A DNA stretch of 64,000 bases. Source: Laetmonice hystrix (Eukaryota). Below are positions 54,701 to 64,000 of this stretch, one piece after another. The stretch's first letter is position 1; each line of letters opens with the position of its first letter. The translations under genes were made by a program, and so were the position numbers. Under the pieces are notes generated by a model, which worked only from the letters and a program-made list of their open reading frames with translations, did no database searches and was not told the DNA's origin. Location: contig OZ249436.1 in NCBI GenBank assembly GCA_965235115.1, positions 48,300,001-48,364,000 on the forward strand, written 5' to 3'.

Positions 54701-57700
54701 TCACAAAGTTCTTCAGAAATCATCTGTAACTCATTGATTATAGTCTAAACAAATAAAGAGACGTGCCATTAATTTGAAATGTAGTCACAGCTGATGACCG
54801 CATTTGGCAAGCTACAACGATATAAAGAATTTCTTAAATTCACAAAGTGACAATATGGTTGATGGACCCCTATATTATAGTGACCTGTTTTCAGTGTAGG
54901 TGAGTGATATGTGACAAGACATAATCCCTAACTATGCTTCTCTTCACCAAAGATCTAATCCATTGAAAATGTGTGGACCTATGTATTCTAATTTCAGGAT
55001 GCTTTTGGCTCAAGATGCTGGGCTGCGAATAAAATGTTTGTGTTGATGTTACATGATTTGATAATGGTGAAAGCTGTATGCAGGGTAACATATCTGATTG
55101 AAAACTTCATTTCATTGTGCCCAAAATTGTATTCTGATCAGGAACATGGCTATACTGAAGTGAGAGTTAATAGCAGTGTAGTAAAATAGATAACCTTAGC
55201 TGAGTTGTCTAGTGAACTGGGAAGTCTTTTTGTTTTTAAAGATAAATTTATCTTTTTTTGAAGGAGATGGAGCGACCAGAGCGTGCAGGGCCAGGAGCTC
55301 CTCCCCCTAAGTCAGATGCCGATCTTAAACCGCATCTTTTGCCAGGTAGGACTGTGGTTCATCGTTATCAGTGATTGGTTTGTCAAAATTTTGATTTTCC
55401 TGAAACGGATTATAGGCACTGGGTACACACAGGGAATTTATTCTTCCTCATAAACTATTCAATACTTTGCTGGACATACCATAGCATTTCCTTGTCTAGT
55501 TACGACTTGATCTTTTATTTTTTGCTGCAGGTGAGATGCTGATCAGTGAGGCCCATAATGTCCTTCGGTTCATGCCGTACAGTGAACACAAGCAAGGCAT
55601 CTCGGGAACTCTGTTCTGCACCAACTTCAAGGTTACCTTCCTCACTGCCAATGATCAACACAATAAGGTAAGGTGTCCGAGTAATAAATGTAAGAAAACA
55701 TCTTCACTTTGTATGTCATATACTTATGTGACATATAAGAAATTACCGTAAACATTTTTCTAGTGGGAATACAGAAATGTTGCATACTGGCTAATGGATT
55801 TGCCAGTGTTGGATAATGTAATGAAATACACATGGAAACTTGTAGGTTCACCTGCGACAGAGAAACAAAATCATCGGTGAGCAGGACATTGCACTGAATA
55901 ACGTGGATGCTGTCTATCAAGGTAAACAATGGTTTTTTTTCTCCACAGGCCTCATCCTTATGACAACTGAATAATCTGACAAAAGCAGTTACAGCTAGAT
56001 TTGATATTGAGACTAGAGAGAAATGGGGGTTATTTTGCTATATTTTGTTTTGGTAATACTAAATTCCTACATTTATTTTTTACAAATTGTTCTCCTCAGC
56101 ATCATGATATGCCATATCTCAACCACTTCATGTTAAGTGCAAGTACAATGTACTCATGCACTGCTGAAGTGGTATTGCTGTTTTGCTTCAGCTACAAATC
56201 TCTTGAATGTATACCATGTCATGACACTACAATTTAAGCGAAAGAGGAAATATGTAATCAGAGAAATAGTTTGCATCTTATAAGTAGAATAGATTAGCTC
56301 AGTCATCATAAACTCACTAAACACCAAACCTCCTTAAAAGTCAATTTTCACTGTTATTTTTCGAATTTAAAATCGATTCTTTGAAAATAATAACATTTGT
56401 GGAGCCATATTATCTTAATAATAACTGGTAACTGAAATATTACAATGACTTACTTTTTACAGTTTATATACCAACAATGTCAGAGTCAGAGAGTAAGACA
56501 TGGTCACGTATATATAATATAAATAAATACTAGTGTACTAAGCACCATAATGGTCATGTCAGTACATGTAAAAATGCCTTTTCTTTGATGATCATGTTTA
56601 ATGCTGTTACTATGACATCCGATATTAAGGGTTACATATTAATGAATGAGCTTGGCGTCTGCTTTTGAAGGCATGTTTTTATATGCTGTACAGGTGTGGA
56701 TATATTTATAGTACCTGTATCCAGAAATGTTGATAGTGTTACACGCCATAAGTAAGTGACTTGCATGAACGGAGTTTTGGACTAAACAATCCCTGGAACC
56801 CCACAAAAGTGGAAACACAGGAGAAACGGTTGCAGATGCGTTTGTCAAACCATTTGTAAAGAATTCTAATAATGTGACTTCATTCTTCTGTTATTTGTAA
56901 ATTATGCACAGTTTGATTGCTAGGGGCCTACAGATTGTATCTAAATTGGACAAGAAATCCACAAGTGAAACTCTTGAGTTTGAATGACCACAGAAATAAT
57001 AATAAATAAAGTGAATATTTTCCATGCTCTGTCTTGCTTTGCTGCAGCTTCCGATGCGGATGTTTTAAAGCTAAGAGGTATGACAGCCACTGAATGCTGG
57101 CATCATGTCTGTGCTTGACACCTTGTCGGACACTTGGCCTCCATGCTTGTCATCCTGTTTACTTTTCTGTGTTATGCATGACCTCTTGTGAAACCACTGA
57201 TAGTGTTACAAAATGAAGAAAAAACATTTTGTAATATCTAGCCTCTTGAGGTGTGCTGTTTTTTTACTCACCTTTGAACCTTAGTACGTTCACTGTTTCC
57301 CACTACAGTATGACAGAAATGGGCACTTAGTGATATGGTTAGGTCCGAAACATAACATTAACAAAAATAAGGATTCCCGTTAAAAGTCTCCCCTTTATAG
57401 CTTAACGGTATATATTCATAGAATTGGTTAGAAAGTCATAATTGGTGATACAAAAATTTCAAGTTTGAAGTACCAGTAGATTAAACCCTGTGTAGTTACT
57501 GATTTAAGTCTTACCTGTAACTTAGTTCAAATTTTAGTTTGGAAGGAATACATAATGGATTTTCTCAATGTGTAAAAAGGAGAAAAGATGAGAATCTAGC
57601 TGACTTTTGGACCAAAGTACTTCATGTTACTGAAAAGGTAGACTGTATGATTTAGGATAAATTTGGTAGATCTATGTGATTACCCCAGTAAGTCTAAAAG

Positions 57701-60700
57701 CCATAATTACCTTTTACCTTTTACCTTTATGGAAAGATGTTTGTATAGACGGATGTCGTACATAGAGTTTTAAATTAGTCATGCTACGGGAGCTCAGAAT
57801 ATGATCTACCCAGTAATATTAAATACCAACCAAACCTGTGGTCAAATGCCAGTTATAGTGCTCAGCATTGATAGTTGTGTACATGATTGGTACTATTAGA
57901 AGGGGGGCATTCTTAGCGTATGATTTGATTGAAAACATCAGTATTTAAATTGCAAAGTGTTTGCTCTGTGGTGTCCCAGTATATAGTGGTCATGCTTGTA
58001 GAGCCACGATTCACAGTCTTTATATGGGGCAAAAAATGGAGGGAGAGCCGTTTGAAGTGTTCAAAAACTACCTTTGATATAAATGTTTTTATTAGGAAGG
58101 CAAGAAAACCAGGAACTACCATGGTGACGTTAAGCACTGAGAAAAGTTACTTTAGAGTCAGCTACATGGTGCTGTAGTGTTTCTGTGTGTATCGTTTGAT
58201 TAAACGTTGCTTCAAGTAATCATGTCAAGTAAAGCCTAGTACAGTGTATACACATTAGACATTTGTTGGTGAACACTTGTTCGCAAAAGGTTTTTAATAT
58301 TGGCAAACAGGTGTTTGCAAAAATTAAAGGTTAGTGGGATACCCTAGTGTTTGATATGTTTTGAAGTACAAGTGTCAAAATTAGGTCCTCGTGTCTTCAA
58401 AGGAATAAAAGAGTGACAGACAAATTAATTTGTAACAGTGAATTTAACAAAAAGATGCCAACTTCTGAATCTCTTTAACAGTCTTTCCTTATTCTCACTG
58501 TGCTCTTCAGCTACTGCTGCTGAGGGTCAGCGTGTCAAGTTCTGTAAGAGGCTGGATGCTGACATTCTTTGCTCTCATAATTTGTGATATTTTAATTAAC
58601 CATTTCATTTACTGACACAAATTCACTTCAAAACACACCATAGAAATCGCAAATATTGATGTCTAAGTCTCTAGACCTAACTCTATGGTGCTGTAGGGGT
58701 CTCCATAAACTGTCAGTTTGTGGTGTTCCCGTTGTCCTGTTGATTTGCCTCTGTAGCTGATGATAGTGATGGTGTAATTTGCAGTGTCGAGCAGCAGAAG
58801 GAAGAAGCTGCAGCCAGGGACTGGTATCTCGGGCAGCGTAAAAAACTTGGAGATTCATTGCAAGGTTGGTACATAGACATCTACTGACCAGATCTCTGCT
58901 GCATCAATCATGTGTTTCATAAGAATAAGTAGTAAAGCTTATATACACTTTAGGATATGATAACAGTATTAGTGATATTTCCTTAACTACACACTTAAAA
59001 AAAACAAATATTAATCTACTTTTATATAGGATTTCAGAATACACACCTTCAGCTTCAAATTCTCATCAAGGGAGGAAGCCAAACTGGTGAGTAAAACTGA
59101 CAAAATATTTGGATTTATAACATTGAGATAATAATAACTGAAAATTTGTCCATTTGGCTTTATTCATTTTTCTATATTTTTGTTTACAATTTTTTTTCAG
59201 ATTGCAAATGCTATGGTTCATCATGCCTTCCCAACACGGCTAGAATTACTGTTTGCTTTTGAATACAAAGCAGAACCACCACGACTTGAACCAAAGCAAG
59301 CTCGAAGTAAGTTTAAAATAACCTACCCACATTTTAGTAGTAAAGCATTTCTGCATATCTGATCAGTTTTAATAAATGTTGAAGGCATCACAGGATTTTA
59401 GTGAGGATTACTGGTCTTTTTTTTCGTTTCCATTTATTTTACTGATGATAAAACTTATAATTGTTATGATAAAATGACGTGTACCCTTGTAACATACTGA
59501 TTGAATGTGACTGTAAGGGCCAGTCATCCCACCGACGATGCGATGGCGGATGCTGGAGGACTGGGAGAGGGAACTGCAGCGACTCCAGGTCACAGGCTAC
59601 AAGGCAATACTCTGTAACCCAGCATTTAGACTGTCTGAAAGGTAAGAACAAGTTCATGACACAATGATCCAGACACTCTATTTTTTTTATTACATCCTTA
59701 CACATATACCCTGGTACATGGAAAGCAGGTTTTTCAATAGTCAGGTGTTTATCATGCCAAATCTTTTTGGTCCAATAGTTATACCAAATTTTTTCTTAGG
59801 TTTAAAAGAAAAAAATCCTATGAATTTAGTCCTATGGTTAAATGGTTAACATATTAGTTTGTCTGTGAATTGCTCAATGATGGGTGTAAAATTTTCCGTT
59901 GTGTCAGGTGTAAGTCATGGAGGTAAGATTGTATTTTTTGTTGAGATAACCAGTTGTCATGCATGGCTGAATGTTGGGAGATTATGAGGTGTTTGATATG
60001 GGGGTCACCTATAGAATGCTCTGGGATTCTGTGCATTGAACCAAATGATCCATGTATGTTTTGGCTGTATGCAGGGGATTGTTACTTATAATATATGATA
60101 AAAAAACAACATCATAAAGCAGCATTGGTTTTGGACTTTTTGCATTTAAAAATATACTGGTTTCAACAACCCAACGGCTTCCTCCCCCCCCCCCCCCCCA
60201 CTGAGGGCTGCTAAAATTGTTACTGTACAGTGTTAGGGCACACATTAAACCTTATATTACAAGTGGAATATCAGATGCATGGATGAGAAGTTCAGAGAGT
60301 CCATTGCCCGGAACTGTACCAGTATCCTGTGTTAACATGGCCCGCTGTGTTTTGTTTTTGCAGTCTCCCGGAGTGTTTTGTTGTTCCGAGGAGTCTGAAT
60401 AATGCAGACATTACAGGGGCAGTGCCACACTTTGTCGACTACAGATGTCCAGTATGTATGCCGCAGAGATTTTTCTCATTACTATTCTGTTTCATGTTGA
60501 ACTTCTACCCCACATCTGTACATATTCCTGCCTGCTTCATTAATTTTGTGAAATATCATACACTGAGGGATCTTCAAAGTATAATAGCTTCCCATTTTGT
60601 TTGCGAATAATGTCCTTGCGATATGTCTCAATAATTTCCTTTTAAAAAAGCATCAAAGGCAAAGACTTGTAATTGAAAGCTGTTGAGTTTTGTGATTGCT

Positions 60701-63700
60701 GAAGTGTTGTTGTTATTATGGTACTTGCAGACCTGGTGTTACAGTCATTCGAATGGTGCTGCGTTGATCCGCATGGCGTATCTACACGTTAACACAGATA
60801 CAACGCAAATATCAGTGGAGCAACTGTGAGTTAAATCAGATTTTGTAGCATCAGACAGCACTTGCTCTATATATCTATATTTAAAAAATGTAGCTCAGCT
60901 GATGGTGTCAAACTAAAATTCTCCAGAAAATGGTTGTATCTGAAATAGGCCATGCTGAAACACTAACTTTGGCTCAGAGGTCCTACTGGGAAATGGTTCC
61001 CGATGTGAACTCATAGTGGTCGTTTCAGTGTACGTGTACTTCATTTTGAATTTTGATTTATGAGGGGAATAACAGTTCATCATTGGAATAGAAAAATACT
61101 CACAAATGACCTGTAATCTTATCTTCTTATACTTTCTCAGTTCTTCAGGGTGGTACAGTCACTCAAATGGTTCTGGAGTTACTTTGGTAAAATAGAAGTG
61201 CCAGTTTATGTATCAAAAGTGATGTTGCATGCCTGTTTATAGGTAATTTGTAGTTTTAAATCTTGGTGAACTTTGCAGGATGCTGGATGCGATTCAGAAA
61301 TCACATCCTACAGATAAGGTGCCCTATGTGTACGACCTCAGTCGGGACCTTCCCTTTGGGCTGCGAGACCTGCATACCAGCTATGAACGTTTGCGGGAAC
61401 TTTGTATGCCAGGTAAGGCATCCATAGGAATGGGTTCAACCATCACCTCATTGTCACTTTAGACTAAAGCCCACCCTACACTTTCTCGAGTCGGAAACCA
61501 TGGTTCCGGACTGTTCTGGACTGTTCCGACTGCAGTTGGAGGAAATCGCAGCTGATTCGAAAAACGAATTAGAAGCCAAGCGGCTCAGCGGCAGTTGACC
61601 AAAATTGGGACAGTGTGCGTGGTTCCCGATTATGGCTGACTGTCGTCGGGTGTCCTGGCCACCCACACTGCATGGATTGGCAGCAGATAATTGTGACAGT
61701 GTAGGGGGTTGGTCGGAAGAGTGTACAGCATTCAGCCGAGAGTAGGGAGTTAGGCAAAGTCGTGACAGTGTACGGCGGGCTTTAAAAGACATGCTGGCGT
61801 GTCACTAGCATGACATCAAATAAACTGTTTGTCTGTGAGAAGGCAATTTAATTGGGATGGGAAATCTGCACTTCATTCTGTTGATAATTGGATGCTTCTG
61901 GTCATAAGTACCCTTTCAGCAAAATCTTTTTTGAACCATTGCCTAACTTTCCTTAACGTATTCGATGAAAATGAGAATATACATTCCATAAGTCTAGGAT
62001 GAATACGAAAATCTTGGATCTTGATGAAGCTCAGTGTACGTGTGTTTTGTTGTTTTCAGTCTCCCTCAAAGAGGTTCAAGAAACTGACTCCAAGTGGTAC
62101 GCCAGCCTGCACTCAACACGTTGGATGCATGCAGTGGCTAGTTGTCTACGGATATCACATCTTATTGTTAAAAGGATGACTGTCAATAGGGAAACTGTTG
62201 TTCTTAAAGGTAAGAGATCTACCATGTCCACATTACCTGTGCTCAGCCCCTCTAAAAAGGCGCCCAAGTCTCGTGACCTGGATATGCAAATGACGTTAAA
62301 TAGCCTCAAACCAGCTCACGATAGCGCCTAATGTGCGCCATGCGAATGTGACGTCAAAAATGTCCCCATAGGATTAGCATTGGCAGGACCGACAGGTTTA
62401 CAAAAACCAGCCTGTATATTCACAATCTAACTTTCTAAACTATAAAACAAACTTTATCCTAGAGTAAACATGCCAGCTATCATGTATTGTAACGTTGAAA
62501 TATTAACAGCAGAATGAAAATATTTTAAAGTTGAGTGTCACTGTTTAGCAGGTGTAGTCTAAGTGGACTGTGCACTGTGTTTTGCAGAGGTTGAAGGTCG
62601 TGACCTGTCAGCATTGGTAGCAAGTCTGGTCCAGATGCTGCTTGACCCCCATTATCGCACACTGGCGGGCTTCCAGAGTTTGGTGGAGAAAGAATGGGTT
62701 CTCATGGGACACAAGTTTGCTGATCGTCTTGGCCTTCTGGCCAATCCAGATGCAGAAGTGGTATGTTTTATCTGATCGTCTTGGCCTTTTGGCCAATCCA
62801 GATGCGGAAGTCGTATATCATGTGATTGAAGTAAAATACACTGGTTTCTCATTTAAAAGACCCTCTGGGGGACTGAGCTTGTTGTGGTCTCATTGCAGAT
62901 TGGTCTTCTAAACGAGTATATTGTGTTAGGGGTCAAGTCAGACTTGGCTCTGAACCAAAATAGTCCTAATTAGGTATGTTTGATATTTCAGTGTCCAGTC
63001 ATACTGCTGTTCCTAGACTGTGTGTGGCAGCTCCAGCTTCAGTTCCCGTCAGCCTTCCAGTTCTCGCACATCTACCTGACGGCTCTCTGGGACAGCATCT
63101 GCCTTGGACTCTTCGACAACTTCATCTTCAACAGTTCCCGTGAGCGCATGATGGCTGTGCGCCGTTTCTCCATCTACCACACGACAGACACGACCCCCAA
63201 CCTACTGTCTATCTGGGACTGGGGTCTGCAGTATGGCCCGGATGACATGGCCCTCTTCAATAATCCCCTCTACCTCATCAAGACAGAGCTTCGCTCAGAG
63301 CTGCACAACATCCGCTTCGCTGAAACTGCTGCAGCTAAACTGACTGGAAGCATCCAGAATGGTGCAGACCGCCTGCAGAACGGTCTCTATGCTCGCAGGT
63401 TGAACGCTCAGTTAGACGAGAGCATCCGGGCATATGATCCAGAGCAGCGCATCTTGCATCCAGTTATTGAAGCTCCGATCCTCAAGTTTTGGACTCACTG
63501 TTACCTGCGGTGGCTGACACCGGTACAGATTGTCACAGGAGGAGCTCCAGTGGAATACCTTCAGCAGTGTATCCTCATTGAGGAGATTCTCTGCTTACAA
63601 CACAAAATGTCTGCGCTTCAGACTGCCACACCTTTCAACAAAGCCAACCGGAAAAATAGTGATTTGATATTCAGCGCCAACAACACGCCACAGACACCGA

Positions 63701-63876
63701 GGAACAAACCCAACTGGTCAAGTATACTGACCTCATCGTTCCCCTACAGCCCCTCGGCAACAACAGGTCACGTGACATTCTTTGGGACGCCACTGAGTGC
63801 GTTCCTGGAGAAGAGTCTTGTCATGGACTCAGATGAAGATGAGATGAGTGACGGCGAGGTAGCAAGTGGCTCCTAG
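48783..63876 (+). CDS. MTMR10: Myotubularin-related protein 10 (MTMR10/11/12 subfamily, catalytically inactive)
   Basis: Exons 48783-48854 ([13 protein letters not shown]), 51687-51710 (tentative), 55264-55345 (LKPHLLPG), 55531-55667 ([12 protein letters not shown]), 55846-55921, 58785-58864, 59030-59086, 59201-59306, 59518-59641, 60364-60451, 60731-60825, 61279-61412, 62060-62209, 62588-62760, 62992-63876 ([16 protein letters not shown]-terminal 3-PAP-like region). The active-site loop reads [12 protein letters not shown] instead of HCSDGWDR. Confidence 0.92.
49500..49702 (-). mobile_element. Helentron-like repeat copy (same family as 30920-31010 and 46130-47165)
   Basis: Terminal hairpin tatttagccattggcagctaaata, and accctaacccaagcaatttg core. 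Confidence 0.6.
61465..61784. mobile_element. MITE (TAA/TTA ends, PIF/Harbinger-like) in an MTMR10 intron
   Basis: taaagcccaccctacact / agtgtacggcgggcttta imperfect TIRs. Confidence 0.7.
62720..62816 (+). repeat. 52-bp-period tandem duplication of an MTMR10 exon end and donor
   Basis: ctgatcgtcttggcctt(c/t)tggccaatccagatgc(a/g)gaagt(g/c)gtat at 62720 and 62772. Confidence 0.9.
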
Positions 63877-64000
63877 GTTTTTTTTGTCTCTCTTACTTAG
63901 TCACAGGGCAACATTATTGTAAGTTAGGATAAATAAAAGTAGCTCTACCTGGTGTCTCCATTATTTTCTTCCGATACCTTTGAATCATAAAGATGATCCA

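Overview
Intron-rich, AT-rich animal genomic DNA, probably from a bilaterian invertebrate (lophotrochozoan-like repeat content; taxon is inferred). I assembled five protein-coding genes exon by exon from GT-AG sites and recognisable protein motifs: VWA3A (minus, 8599-25071, about 33 exons), RPS15 (minus, 26663-29586), ABHD8 (plus, 31292-34822), ANKLE1 (minus, 39466-48296) and an MTMR10-type pseudophosphatase (plus, 48783-63876). RPS15/ABHD8 and ANKLE1/MTMR10 are head-to-head pairs with short shared promoters. The first 6 kb holds transposon relics and a 52-bp satellite that switches orientation midway. Signals the ORF track misses: (1) two paralogous box C/D snoRNAs in RPS15 introns sharing a guide complementary to 28S rRNA, plus weaker C/D and H/ACA candidates; (2) ABHD8-ANKLE1 convergent adjacency, as at human 19p13.1; (3) tandem repeats that copy exon ends and splice signals; (4) candidate 12-nt microexons in VWA3A; (5) nested MITEs with 5- or 6-bp target-site duplications. 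No prokaryotic system or CRISPR array was found. All homology calls come from recalled sequence knowledge, not database searches.
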